From Antechinus flavipes (Eukaryota): 64,000 bases of DNA. The notes under the pieces are model-generated. The model searched no databases. It saw only the letters and a list, made by a program, of their open reading frames with translations, and was not told the DNA's origin. The stretch is from positions 103,044,001 to 103,108,000 of the forward strand of contig NC_067402.1 in assembly GCF_016432865.1 (NCBI RefSeq), written 5' to 3'. Of the stretch, positions 21,960 through 36,150 are shown piece after piece; positions within the stretch are counted from its first letter, which is position 1; every line of letters begins with the position of its first letter. The position numbers and the translations under genes were made by a program.

Positions 21960-23520
21960 TAATAACAGCTTGTGTTTATAGAGCATTTTAAGGTTTGTAA
22001 AGCACTTTACATTATTTTCATTCTCATTTTATATTCATAGATAGTACCTACATAGATAGTAAACACAAAATAAATACATGCTAATACAGAAATAATCTCA
22101 AGAGGGAAAGAACACTCAGTATTGAGGTGGGAAGGAATTAGAGATCTAGATGATGGCTGTGTTTTGAAGGAAACTGGAGATTTTTGGAAACAGAGTAAGG
22201 AGGAGGGCATGCAGACATGGAGAGATGCACAGAGATAGGAGATGGGATGTTACCTGTGGGGAAAGCAAGGGAGGCCATTTGACTGGAACAGAGCATGTGC
22301 AAGAAGAAGCAATAGAAGATAAGACTAGAAAGATAAGCGGGAACATAATGTAAAGATCTTTCATTTCCAGGCTGAGGATTTTGAATTTTATCCTAGAGAC
22401 AATAGGAAGCTACTAAAATTTTTTAAGAAGGGATTGACATGTTAGGTCTGTGTTTTAGGAGCAGTTATTTGGCAGTTGTGTAGAGGATGGATTGATAAGG
22501 AGAAGGCTTGGAGTTAGGAACATTAATTCAATTTTAAAAGCATTGCTTAAATGCTTGCTATGTAGTCAATAAGCTACATAAAATAAGCTACCAAAAAAAT
22601 CTAAAATCAACCAAGTAAAAAATATAGTCAACAAACATTTATAGCCCACGATGTGTCAGGGACACTATGGGAGGCTCGGAGCTAGGTGGCACATTGGATA
22701 GAGCGCTAGCCCTGAGGTCAAGAGGACCTGATTTCAAATCCTCCCTCAGATACTTACTGGCTGTGTGACCTTGAGCAAGTCACTTAACCCTGTTTGCCGC
22801 AGTTTCCTTATCAGTAAAATGACCTGGAGAAGGAAATGGCAAAGCGCTGTAGTATTTTTGCCAACAGAATTCCAAATGGGGTCATGAAAATGACTAAACA
22901 ATTCCAGGCATTGTGCTAAATATTTATTAAGAACCTGCCATGTGCTAAATAAGTGCTAAGCTAAGGGCAAGTGACCTTGCCCTCAAAGTACTTACAGTCC
23001 AATGGGGGAAGACAGAATGCAAAAAAACAAGCTGAAAATCTATGCTAGGTATTGGGGACAGAGAGACAAAAACGAACATCTCCTGCCCTCAGGAAGCTTC
23101 TACTCTTTGGGAGCAAAACAACTGGTATCACTTAAGTAAATGCAAAATGTGTGCCAAGGAGATGTGGGAGTGGGGAGAACCAGCAACTGAGTGGAGTCAG
23201 GAAAGTCTCAGGTAGGAGACAGCTCTTAGTTGATGAAATATAGGTGAAGAGGGAAGACATTCCAGACACAGAAGATGAAATACTGTGTATGAGGAACAGT
23301 GAATCAGCCAGTTTGGCTGGAACATGGCATGCGGGAGGAGATATATCATGACACAAGCCTGGGATAGTAGATGAAGGCTACAGCCCCTGCATAGAGGGCT
23401 GTAAATGCCATACATGCTATAATAGTTGTAGTGAGAGGGGAAGAGGACTTGGAGAGAACCTTTGTGAATGGAGGGAAGGGGATGGATGGAAGGGAATCTG
23501 AAGCAGCGAGATGACATTAA
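21960..23520 (-). mobile_element. L2 fragments interrupted by MIR/Mar1 insertions (Mar1 on + at about 22675-22900)
   Basis: Purine-rich reverse L2 3' region and L2 tails. Mar1 tail ggagaaggaaatggcaaagcgctgtagtatttttgcc. Confidence 0.65.
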
Positions 23521-24104
23521 TAGAGAAATCTATAGGTTTGGAGTTAGGTCTGGACCTGGAGTTAAGGAGACCTAAGCTGAAATCTGGACTCCGGTACTTA
23601 CTACATCTGTGAACCTGGGTGAGTCATGGAACAGCTGTTTGCTTCAATTTCCTCAACTATAAAATGGGGATTATAATAGAACCTACCTGCCAGAGTTGTT
23701 TAAAATGAGATATTTGTAAAGTTCTTCATGCAGAGCCTTGGCACATAATAAGAGCTTAATAAATGCTTCTTCCTTTAGTCCCCTAAGCCAGGGCATTTAA
23801 CTTTTCTCAGTCTCAGTTTCCTCATTTGTAAATGAGGATAATAGCACTTACTTCATAGGGCTGTTATAAGAATAAAAATGAGATGATATGTATAAAATAT
23901 CTTTACAAATTGCAAAACACCCATATGGATGTTTATTATTATTATTATTATATTGAGGTAGGATTACAAAGCTTGGGAAATGAGTTGGGAATGGTAATTA
24001 AGAGGGTAAAGGCAAAAATAAGTCCAAGACTTAAGTAATGGAAGTCATTTTTCATACAATGAAGATACAATAAAACATCTAAAATCTGTACTGGAGTGGA
24101 ATTC

Positions 24105-24905
24105 AAATCCAGCAGTTGGTTGGTTGCTAAACTTCATTCTCAAAGAAGACCAAAATGACATTGTTATATTAGAGTCAAGTCAGTGTGTCTGACTGTGACT
24201 GATCAGACTAAGAAGAGCTCAAATGCTCTGCCACAGGTTGGATACTAATGGTCCCTGTGAACATTTGGGGTGGATTCTCCAATTTTGCACATCTCATGAT
24301 TCTTCTCTGATGCGGGCACGCCACACTGGGCATTTCTGTGCCAGTGTCTCATTCCATACAATCAATTCTAAAGTTCTTGAGAGTTTCTGTGTATTGCTTT
24401 TTTCTGATCACCTTGTGAGCTCTTTCTCCGTGTGAATTCTTTATAAAATAGTATTTTTGGCAAGCGTTCTTTTGGCATTTGAATAATATGGCCAGCCCAA
24501 AGGAGTTGTGCTCTCTGTAGCAAAGTTTAAATGCTTGGCAATTTAATCTAGAAAGGACCTCAGTGTTTGGTACCTCATCCTGCCAGGTGATCTTCAGAGT
24601 CCTCCTAAAACAATTCAAATGAAAGCAATTCAGTTTCCTGGCGTGGCCCTGGTACACTGTCCAGGTTTCACAGACATACAGTAAGGTGGTCAGCGTAACA
24701 AATATATCGACTTTCAGTTTGGTGGTGAGTCTAATACCTCTCCTTTCCTACACTTTCTTTCGGAGCCTCTCAAACACTGAATCAGCTTTGGCAATGTGTG
24801 TGTCAATCTCATTATCAATGTGGACATCCCTGGAAAGTAGACTGCCAAGGTAAGCGAACTTATCCACAGCATTCAAAACTTCTCCACTTACTGTCATTGA
24901 TGGGG
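24105..24905 (-). mobile_element. RTE LINE 3' fragment (RT C-terminus plus 3'UTR)
   Basis: Translates to VLNAVDKFAYLGSLLSRDVHIDNEID...KV*ERRGIRLTTKLK...CETWTVYQGHARKLNCFHLNCFRRTLKITWQD, with stops and frameshifts. Confidence 0.9.
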
Positions 24906-25659
24906 TTCCACAAATCAAATCCAATAAACATGTATTAAATGCTTTTTAAGAAACTAGACAAACACTGATTGTTTTTGTTTGTATCCAAGAAGCTCACATT
25001 GATTTGGAGGAAGATAAGAGAAGGTTGTATGTGTGTGTATAAAATGTACAAGATAAATAAATCCAAGTTAAATACAGAAGAAAGAAAGTACCATCAGCTA
25101 AGATGATCCAGAAAGTCTTTGTGGAGGAGGTAGCTAAGCCCTGAGAGAGGATGAAAGATTTTGAGAGGCAGTCAAGGAGGTAATGAATTCTGGACATGGA
25201 AAACATACCATATAAATGCACAGGGATTGGAGGAGTGTTGAGTTTCAGGGACAGTTAATCATCCAGTTTAAATGTAACATAGAACTTATGAAGGGGAAAT
25301 AGTGTGAAATGAGAGTGGAAAAGCAGAACAGGATTGTGGAGGGCTTTAAGGTAAAGCTGAGGAATTTGTATTTTATCATAGGATACCAGTGACAAGGGTT
25401 TACTCTAGCCTCTTCGCATTGGCGCCTTACAGCCACTTCTTGAAAGCTAGCAAATGCTCCAGATCTGGGCTTGATTTATTGCCTAATGATTTTCTAGACT
25501 TAAAAAAATGGTGGAGAAAATGTTAAAAATGCAGATTAAACTCAAAAATGTGATGTGAGTCCACATTTTTACCCCCAGAAGGCTGGTTGTTAAATATTTA
25601 CCAGCACATCTTTGCTACTCATAAATTTTAAATGGGGGATGATGCAACCCAAACTCAAA

Positions 25660-25990
25660 CTTTTGTCAGCTGGATAGAATGATGGTATCAACTCACACAG
25701 AAACAGAGCCCACTGCACTGTACATAAAGATCCCTGCAGGAGGGCACTGACACAGAAAACCACATGTTAACATCTTCTATACTCTGTTATATTTTATTTA
25801 TTTTGTTAACTATTTCCCAATTGCACTTTGATATGATTTGGGATGCACTTGGGAGTCTATTAACATTATCTATGTTTTATAAAACATATAAAACATAAAT
25901 ATTTCCCAATTACATTTTAATCTAGTTTGGGCTAAATTCAGGGAGTGTTATGGGTTTTACCACATGCTGCCACTGGACTATATTTAATAG
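25660..25990. mobile_element. Ancient MITE-like dispersed repeat; related copies at about 45120-45270, 57165-57420, 59200-59350
   Basis: aaatatttcccaattacattttaatctagtttggg is shared among copies in both orientations. Confidence 0.6.
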
Positions 25991-26619
25991 CTCTACTATA
26001 GAGTGTGGTGTAGAGAGGGGAGAGACTAGAAATAGAGAAATCTATTAGGTCATAGAGTAATCTAGATGAGAGCTGAGAAAGACCTGAACTTGGCTAACAG
26101 CCACATGAGTGGAAGAAAGGGAACACCTTCAAATGATGCTGTAGAGACCAAATTGAGAAGATTTGGCAACCAATTTGATATGTGATATAAGGAAGAGTGA
26201 AAAGCAAAGGATGAATCTAGATTATACCTGGGAGAATGAAGGGATTCTCAAAAAAGATAGAAAAAAGTATGGAGAATATTAAGGAAAGTTTATGAGCTCT
26301 GTGCCAGCTGTCAGTTTCTACTTTAACCTACATAAATCCCATGGAATTTCATAAAAAGTGGAAAGGAAAGAAGGATTTGGGGGAAGTACTGTACACTTTC
26401 ATAGTGGTGGTAGGGGGGGAGAGAATAGGAACTTATTAAGTTCCCACTGCATGCCAGGCTATGCTAAATATGCTTTATAGACATGGTTTCATTCAATCAA
26501 TAGATTCATTATGTCATGATATAAGTGCTGTTTCTCTCACTGCATATCACAGGTCTTTAGGTAAAAAGTAAGTTCCTTAGTGTCTATCAGAATGCCAGCA
26601 ACATAACAGGTATATAACA

Positions 26620-27000
26620 TATGCTTGTTGATTGATTCATCAATGCCTTTTCCTCCGATATGATTCTGGTCGTGTTTCTTCTACAACCCTCCATAAATCT
26701 ATTCAATGTATTATTGTCTCTCTTCCAGTTCTTTTAATATTTAATGGACACTAGTGGGACACCCAGGCCATCAGTCTATTTTTATCTCTGGATCTTGCTA
26801 CATCCACTTTCTTATCTGGTCACGTAAGTCATGAATAGCATCTTTTATTCCACTTCTCATCTCTAAGTTCTTTTGGGCAATACACTGTAGCCTATTTACA
26901 CCCATTGTGAGTCTTTGTTTGCCCTTTAGGTCACCTTCAATTTTGGTTCATCAGAGATCATGCTGTGACCGTGATTTGTAGCTGTCTAGCATTGCCAGGA
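26620..27000 (-). mobile_element. Old RTE 3' fragment
   Basis: Reverse strand resembles a decayed RTE C-terminus (LKVT.RA...RWAGHV...W.P). Confidence 0.55.
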
Positions 27001-30000
27001 GAATATGAATGTGGCCCAGGGTTATTTAGAGCTAGAATCCCAGAGACTTGGGATATTCAGGCTGTACCTTTAATGGGATACAAATACTCTGGAAGACTTT
27101 CCTAGGAACATAGAGAATCCTTGGGCTTAGATTGTTAATGGACGGTCTGAAAAGCTTTTCAGGAGAGCTCCTTTATCTTGTGTTTTAGGTTAATAGGGGA
27201 GGCAGAGAGGTGAGGGTGAGGTACAAGCCTTTGAATGCCTGGACCAGGGACTGAAAGGAAAGGACAAACACAGGGAATGAACGAACTAGAAGTGAGACCA
27301 AATGGCAACCATGACAACTAGTGAGACTCAAGTCTACTCAGCCATTCTTCTTTCTTTGGATTTTCCTGAACACAAAGATGTTTCTGTCTGCGAGTCCCAT
27401 TGCAGCCTATATTTGGTTTAAATGTTAGTTTTTGTTTATTACTTGGCACTAAATTACATGTCTATTAATAATGAGTTTTGTCTAAATCTGTATACATTTG
27501 TGGTTTGAAACAGAGAGGGGAAACTAACCCAATGTAGAAGAGATTTTCTTGGTTTATCCTTAGAGTAGGGCTCATGTGATTAAGAGAACTTTAAAATTTT
27601 TTTATAATTCTGAAAAAATTGCAGACAGTAGCTATCAGATAGGAAAATATTTATAAGGAAATGAGCCACTTGCAGACTGTAGGACTGTGGTAAGACTTAC
27701 TTTTTACCTAAAGACTGTGATCTGTAGTGATAGGAATAGCACTCATATCATGACATAATGAATCTATTGATTGGTGGTGGGTACATTTGTTCTTATGTGT
27801 ACCATTCATATCATCACATACCAAAACTTCAAAAGTCTTCAAATTAGTGTTAAAAAAACACACAAACAACCTGAAAGACAGGTTTTAGGAGCCTAGAATC
27901 ACTGAAAACAAATTTCCCATTTGAAACCCTAATATCTTTCTTTCTTTTTTTTTTTTGTATTCAATTATCATTCATCCAAATGCTTGTCCATGATGCATAT
28001 GTACTGATGTGTTAACAATGGTTTATCTTATATAGCTGCATTGCCTGCTTCATGATGACCAATAAAACAGATAAAAATACTGTTCAGTAAATATTGAAAT
28101 TCATTAAATGCTTTATTTAAAACGTGCACTAGGTTTACCAAATAGTCTATTCTAGTTATAGACTGTACAAACACAGACTATATGGTCTTTGAAACTAAAA
28201 TCTGCTCTGGTCCCAAAGACACATATTTTACTTCTTTGACTCTAATATGAAATTTCAGAGTTATAAAGGACATCAGAGATCAATGATCTATCTACTCAAA
28301 GCTCCTGTCCAATTCAGAGACCCCTCTTCCTCCTGAAACCTCTGGTAAATGCTCCTCCAGATTTTGCTTGGATATTTCTAGCAATGGAATGATCCTAATT
28401 TCAAGAGTTATTTCTATCATTTCTAGGCAGTTCTATTAATTTGTCTCCAAAATGCACAGCACAGTAATAGGTAGATCCCACTGGATTACTTTAGAGCAAT
28501 TAGCTTGGATTTATGGAGCATTGTAGCCAGAACCCAATTCTTGTGACTTTTTCCCTCTGGCTTTTGTATTTGGACATTGCTGGGAGGCTATCCAAAAGGA
28601 GAGTTTTTTGTTTTGTTTTCTGTCTACCAATATCAGTTTATTCAGACCACGTCTAAGGCATGGAGGCAGGAAGACCTTGTCTATATAAAGTTCAATGAAA
28701 CTTTTGCTTCCTGGATGCCAGAGTCTTTGAATGACTTTGATTCTAGTTTTGCCTAGTATTTCATACACAGAATCCCTTTCATTCATTTTTTTTTCTATTA
28801 AACTTCTCTGGCATCTGCTTTTACCACAGAACTAAAATGATTTTCTCCAAAGTCACTTGCACAGTCTTAAGTCAGTATTTCCATTGATCTCTCTTCAGTA
28901 TTTGATTATTCTTTCTTTTTTAAAGTTTTAAAACATAATTTCTATTCTGTTAGCTTTCAAGCATCTTAATGGTTCTTCTTTTTTTACTATCTCTTTGATA
29001 TCTTCTTATCTGTATTTCTTGGCTTTTCTTTATCCTCCCATCTCTTAAATGTGGATGTCCCCCATGCTCTGTCCATGGCCCTCTTCTTTCTCTAAAGCAA
29101 GATTTCTTAACTTGGGGATCTACATACTCTCAATCTATTTGTGAATAAATTTCAAGTGGTTCACGATCTTTGATGGGAGAAAATTTACACTTTCATTTTC
29201 ACTAATCTTTGGTTTCCTTTGTAATCCCTAGGTATTTGATTTTATGCATTTAAAAACCTGATTCTGAGAAGTGGTCTACAGGCTTTACTAGGCTGCCAAC
29301 AAAATCCATAGCACAGAAAGGGATAAGAAAACTTTTATTCTAAACTTTTACCCTTGACAAATATATCACTTCCCATGGCCTCCATTATTGGCAATGTTCA
29401 TGACTTTTTAACTCATATTTCCAGCTCTAATCTCTTTTTCAAACTCCAGACTGACATGTCCAACTGCCTGCCAGAAATAGAACACTCATTTTCTTCCTCC
29501 TTCCCCACCCTGCTGACCCCACCTCAAACTCACTGTGTCTTAACTGAACTCATCAACTTTTCAGAAAAAATGCTCCAACAAAATACCCATTTTCTATTAA
29601 AGGCATGACCATCTACCCAGATACTCAGACATATTCCTAAACAAGAATCATCTTTGACTTTCCCTAGTCCATATCCTAAGAGAATCTCTGGGTTATAATA
29701 GACTTTTGAGGGTCTCTAGTCCAGTTGCCAAAAATCTGCTCATATCGATTGATTTCTCTCAACAAGCCTTTCCTTTCTCTACCTATTGAGATCCTATCTA
29801 TCCTTCAATCCTTTATCCTTGATCCAGGGATAAAGTGACAACTGCATGAAACCTTTTCTACTCAAATATATGTCTCCCTTACTGGTACTTCGGGCTACCT
29901 GAAGTTTCAAATCACTTTATACTTCTTTTTGAATTCTATCTTGTATTATGATTATTTGCATATAATATACACATATATGTATATATGAAATTCTATTTTA

Positions 30001-30229
30001 TTAATTTGTGAGTTGCCTAGAAGCAGTACTCTATATTATTCTTTTGGACCTTCTTATATATGATGCCCTATATAGATAGATTTTGTATGTACTAAGCACT
30101 CAATAAATGTCATATTATAAATGGACATATTACAATCAAGCAGGTCCCCTTCATTCTATGTATCCAGAATTGTGGGGGTGGTTAAATTAAGAGCATGAAT
30201 TTACATCATAGTTGTTAAATGTAATCTTG

Positions 30230-30560
30230 TTGATTTTAGTTTAGTATTCCAGTCTGTCAGTATAATTTTAAATATTGAAACTGTCATCCTCTCTGATTTT
30301 TGTCATCTGCAGATTTGATATAAGCATGCTTTTTATGTCTTCATCCAAATCTGTTTGAAATCTTTGTAAAAAATATTGCTCCTCTGAAGTCCTCTTTGAT
30401 GGATTATTGGGAGCAATGGTAATTGGGGGGTTGGAGTGGAGAGCAGTTCTTGGTTCAAAAATCCTGTGGCAATGAAGGCATGCCCTAATAGTTACTACAA
30501 TGAGGCAACAGTTTCTGAAGGCCGGTATCAAGGGGTTTAGAGTCTTACAGCCTGCCAAAT
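30230..30560 (-). mobile_element. L3/CR1 RT fragment
   Basis: Reverse strand gives DLDEDIKSMLISNLQMTKI (DLDEGIxxMLIKFADDTKL equivalent). Confidence 0.7.
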
Positions 30561-31339
30561 TTGGTGATAAATGTCTTTTGGCCACACTGACTTACTCTGT
30601 GCTAAGGTAAGCATGGGTTGGGTAGCCTATATTGATGTAATTCTGATCACAGAGATGAATTTTTTTAAAGTAGCTGGTATTTATTTATTTGTAAAGTTGT
30701 ATCTCAGTAGTAGATGAGCTTTTTGAGGGCAAGGATGGATTTTTCTTTTGGCTTTACATTTTCGACTCTTCGCACAGTGCTTGGCAATAGTAGGTGCTTA
30801 GTGAATGTCTACTGGTTGACTAACTCAATCAATAAGCATTTATTAAGCACTTACTATGTGTCAAGCATTGTACTAAGTGCTGAAGAAACAAAAAGAGGCA
30901 AAAATTAGTCTCTCCCCTTAAAGAGCTATTAATCTAATGAGAAGTTTATATTCTTAATAATGAGTTACCTATAACTCCACATCATACTCTTTAGAGAGTT
31001 CCCCTTTTTCTTTCTTATCAGAATAATTTGGTTTTGTGTTCCCAGAATTCTATTCTTGAACGTTTCCATCCCTCTTGGACAACCTTTTCTACTAAAATTT
31101 TTATGCTGGGGGATCCTACCTATTTTTCTCTGTTGCTTTGACATTTCACTATAGACCTACTTCCAGATTACAGAGATATTTAAATATATCTGTCCAACCA
31201 GCTGTGAATCTACCTGTCTATATAATAATTCCATAAAATTATTGGAATCATAAGATGATATAAGGATCACATATATAGATGATATCTATAAGATGATTAT
31301 GAAAGACTATGCAAAATGACTTAAAAAATTAAGATAGCA

Positions 31340-31680
31340 TCCTCCAATCTAACAAATTAGAGAAAAAGCTCTGTCACAAAAGAAAATGAGACTGGTTTGG
31401 TATGACTTGTTTTTAATGGACCCATATTTGTTCATTTCATTTCTATCTAAATATTCACTAAGCCAAACAATGTCTAGTTCTGTGCTCATTCCATGACATC
31501 CCCTTGCTTCCAAGGCTGTAGCTGTCAGAATACACTTTTGTCTTCCTTTCAGAAATGGGACTACAATTATACTCTGTGGCTTTCTGGTATTTCTCCCATT
31601 CTCCATGGTTCTCAAAGGTTGACAATGATGTTGAGATTTCATCTGCCATTTTTCTTTCAGCACCAGAGTACTGAAAGGAG
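31340..31680 (-). mobile_element. L3/CR1 RT fragment
   Basis: aaaatgagactggtttggtatgacttgtttttaatggaccc is the reverse of CR1 GFIKNxSCQTNLISF. Confidence 0.65.
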
Positions 31681-31859
31681 TTAATTTAAAATAGCTATTC
31701 TCTTACCATAAGGTTCCTCATGATGGAAAAGGACTTCAAAAAGTACAAGAGACCCTATTCTCACAAACTACAATTATCACATGGGGTTTTTTTGTTTGGA
31801 GTTTTATCCTCCAGGCCAATTTGCTCCTTTGAAGTCAGAGACTCTAAGAGAATATGAAG

Positions 31860-32045
31860 GGCTTGGAGTCAGAAAGAACTGACAGCCTCATTTACCAGCT
31901 GTGTGATCCTAGACAAGTCACCTAATCCTGTTTTCCTCAGTTTTCTTATCTGTAAAATGAGCTGGAGAAGGAAATGGCAAAACCACTCCAGCACCTTTGC
32001 CAAGAAAACCCCAAACGGGCTCATGAAGAGACTAGAACACAGAAC
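31860..32045 (+). mobile_element. Mar1 CORE-SINE
   Basis: Well-preserved tail ggagaaggaaatggcaaaaccactccagcacctttgccaagaaaaccccaaacggg. Confidence 0.85.
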
Positions 32046-34269
32046 AACTGATCCTCAACCCCCCCCCCCCAAAAAAAAACAGACCTCTGCCTTCCACTTT
32101 CTTCTTTTTCTCAAATATAACTTTACAAAAGATTTTTGTTTTATTTATCATTTCCCCCCTTTTTGAGACTTAGTTCACAGTAGGCTTTAAATCTTCATGC
32201 CATTGGTTTTATGGTGATGCTGCCTTTTTGCATTTACCATTAGGAGAGTCCTTGTCCTTCAATCTTTTACTTGTGGTTTTTCTTTTTATTTTCTTTGGAG
32301 GAAATTGGGATTAAGTAACTTGCTCAGGGTCATACAACTGTAAGTATTAGATTTGAACTCAGATCCTCCTGACTCAGATCCCCCTATTTGTGGCTTTTCC
32401 AAACCTGAGAATTTGATTTGTAATCACCCTGATTTCATCATCTTCTTCTCTGTTCTTCTTCATTGGGACCACTAGCTATTTCAGAGTCATAATTTACATT
32501 GGATTTAGAGCAATGAGAGCCTTCAGGAAATCTAATCCAACATCTTCATATAATAGATGAGGAAACTAAAAGCCAGGGAAGTCCCATAGGAAGTAAACAT
32601 TAAAATGGAATTTGAACTCAGATTCCCTCCTTCCAGATTCCCACTGAACCATAGTGAATCGCTTGGAGTCGTTCAATTCTCATTATCTACATCCTCCTTT
32701 TTTCATTTTATAAAATATTGCTGCAATTGTGTTATCACTCAGAAAAATAAAATTATTATAAATTATTTAATGTTTATTATTATAATTAGTTAAATAATTA
32801 TTAAATATAAATTATTATAAATTATGCCCCCAATACTTAATTCACAGGATCATATTATCTAGGACTGATATAACATCTAATCCAGCTACCTGATGATAAC
32901 TACAGATGAGGAAAGTGAGATGAGAGTGCTCCAAGTAACATAGGCAGTCAGAGTTGGAGTTAGACCCCCATTCTGTGACTCCAGAATTAGTCCCCCATAG
33001 GAGGCCATCCTAATTCATCACTAAAACAAATAAAAGGATAGCCTTTTTATCACAATTTCCTTATCTAAAATGAGGATATTAAACTATAAGGCCTCTCAAA
33101 TCCCTTTCAGCTGTTTTGATTCCGAGTCACACATCTCATCTCCACTTACAACTGTTTTGGGCCCATGGGCCAAAACCCCCCAAACAATTAGCCTAGTACA
33201 ACAGAGAGTTATAGGGACAGTTTCATCTACATGTCAGAGCCCATCATATTCTCTTAGAATCTCTGACTTCAAAGACACAAATTAGCCTGGAGGATATAAT
33301 TCCAAACAAAAAACTCCATGTGATAATTGTAGCTTGTGAATGTAGGTCTCTTGTACTTTTCAAAGTCCTTTCCCGTTAATTATCTCTTTTGATCTTCACC
33401 AGATCCCAGTGAAGTAGGCAGGGAAAGTGTTACCATCCCCATTTCATGGATGACAAAATTGAGGGGCAGAAAAGTTCAGGATCACACAGTTAGAAAGTAT
33501 TTGAGGTGAGATTTGAATTAGATCTTCCTCCCTCCAAGTCCTAGGCTTTAGCTACTGTCCCATACATCCCCTTTGTCTTGAAAGAATACATTTGTTTTTC
33601 TGACTGCCCCTTAATGGTAAGTATTTGATGTATTATGCTTCTAACACTCTACCCAACCTGAGCCCCAAAATAGCAAGTTCCCAGGGCACAATGAGCTGAC
33701 CCATGAAAATCTATGGAATGGGATACCTCACTTGACTCTGTATTGTATACAGATGGGAAAACAGGCTTCTCCATGTTGACAAAATTATCTGACTCACCAC
33801 CTATTTTTGTATGGCCCATGAGCTAAGAATAGTAACATTCTGAGTAGGGGCTAGATTTAGTCCATAGGCTGTAATTTGCAGACTCCTGCAGTATACAATC
33901 TAGACTCTAAGCCTTCTCTATGGTCCCTTTTGTGGCTACAAATCTATGAGTGTTGCTCATGAAATGATTAATAGATGTTTTCCTATTTTATCCTATTGGG
34001 TGTCACAGAGATATATATCACAATTAGATACTTATGGGTTACATATTTTAAATCATTCCATTCTGGAAGAATGGAAGCCCCTTGAGGTCAGGGACTATTT
34101 TATTTTTGCCTTTGCTTTTCCCAAAACAAACTAGTGGCTAGCATGTAATTCTTATTGACTAATTTTAAAAGAAAGTATATAATAAATAACAATTATTTGC
34201 ATTGAGCTTTAGTTTGCAAAGTGCTTCAGGACACAGTATCTCTTATGATATTAACAATGGTTATAGTCC

Positions 34270-34560
34270 TTGATTTCCAAACAGGACCAAAGTGACTTCT
34301 CAGGGTCAAGATACAATGTGTCGGACTATGGCTGATCAGAGCAGAGTGAGCACAGGTGGGGCACAAAAATCCACACGAACATTTGGAGTGGAGATGGTTT
34401 TACATTTGTGCATCTCACATTTCCTTGGAGCTACTGCAATTCTGCTTTGTTCCTAGAGCACAGCACCTTCTCTGATGGGGGCCCATGTAGAGTGTGGTCT
34501 CCCATGTCTCACAATTGATTCCAGAATCCTTCAGAGAGATCTTGAAAGTGTTCTTGCCTA
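34270..34560 (-). mobile_element. RTE-derived 3' fragment, same family as the 24105-24400 end
   Basis: Colinear similarity to 24130-24400 (gaccaaa...gtcaag...gactatggctgatcag...acatttgg). Confidence 0.75.
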
Positions 34561-35029
34561 GTTTATTAACAATGCTCCTTTGAGGTTAGATAAGGACCGA
34601 GAGGGCTGAGGGAAATACTGCAGGTCATACATAAATCTCAGAAGCAAGATTCGAATCCAGCTTTAATTTCTAGTTCAGTGTTCTTGTTACTACCCTTTGA
34701 AAATTATGTAACCAAACGAAGTTGCATACTCTGTGCAGACAAGACTTGAGGATTTTGTTTTTGTTTTTAACCTTTAATGTTGGCTTGTTTTTGGGGGAAA
34801 AAGAAACTGAATTCTTGAACCCTTTTTGAAAGTCAATAAATAGTATTTCCTTTAAGCTGAGGAAAGACTGAACTTCCATGAGTATTTGCTGAAGAAACAC
34901 TGAAGAGCTATGATTTGCTTTGTTCTTTAAATCCAAATTTCTTTGCAAAATTTGCCATGGGTTCAAAAACCACATGTTGAACCAAAGGTGCTGCCATTGT
35001 GATGACATAGTGCCTGTCAGGCATTATGA

Positions 35030-35048
35030 CCAATCAGCATTTACCACG
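35030..35048 (+). promoter_or_regulatory. Exact ERSE consensus CCAAT-N9-CCACG (candidate)
   Basis: CCAAT 35030-34, spacer cagcattta (9 nt), CCACG 35044-48, which extends to the E-box CACGTG. Function not shown. Confidence 0.4.
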
Positions 35049-36150
35049 TGGAGGCGGTAATAGCTGGTGTTGCTAAGCAACATTCCCTCCAACCCCCTCA
35101 GCAGTTGAGTACCTTTAGATGGATGCTCTGCTCTCACTGGTGGCCAGGCAGAACACAAAAGCTTTTGCCAGTGAAAAACCAAATTATAACCTAGGCCTGG
35201 GTCCATCACACCCCCCCAACCCAGGAAAGAGGAAGTTTCCTTTTAAATGCAAATAGAAAAGGAAGATTTTAACTAGAGCTTAAACAGTCCATCATTATAC
35301 TGATTTTAATTAGGAGATTGGGTGTCAGTGGAATACAACTTTGTCACAAGATAATGGTCTCTTGCTGGTAGATAAATGCAGGGACACTTCTTGAAAATGG
35401 GCGTCTGGTCAGGCAGAGACAATGTATTTTTGGACTCTGAAGTATTTATTACTCTGACCACACTTGGTTATAATGACTTTCATTTTTATTGGTCTGAAGG
35501 ATTGAGAAATAAAACTAAATATTAAAAATAGACTGCTGAAGGCTGGCATAGCCTGGAGAAAGCTCCTGGCAGTAATGTTCTTGGAAAATGGTGCTCCATT
35601 TTGAGAACATTCAAGGCTTTAATCTGAAGAGCTTACTATGAAAATTTAAAAGCCAAACCACATTGTGTGGATGCCTGTAATTCTGTGAATGTTCTCTGAT
35701 CCAAAGGGCCAGAGCCACGCCAATCATGGAGAGCAACTTTAAAATATACCCCAAGAATTGTGTTGGCAGAATTCAGTCATTCAAAAGCAAGATTTGTCTT
35801 CCTCAAGCCAGGGAATGATGACCATCTCTACTCCAGTCCAACACAATTCAATTCAAAAAACATTTATTAATTTTTCAGGACATTCAAAGAGCTATTCTGG
35901 GTAGATAGAAAAACAACCACCCTCTCCTTCAACAGCTCCTAGGAGTTTACATCGGATAGGGGAGGATATACATCTGTCTCTTCCTCTTTTTGAGATTCAT
36001 TTTCACCAGCTAAACCTTTGTAACAGGAAATATTTGGATGGAAAGTAAATAAGTAGGAGAAATAGAGGAACTTCATTGTTACCATAATGGATTTCAACCT
36101 TGAAACATGTGTATGTGTATGTGGGTGTGTGGGGATGAATGCATATACAG

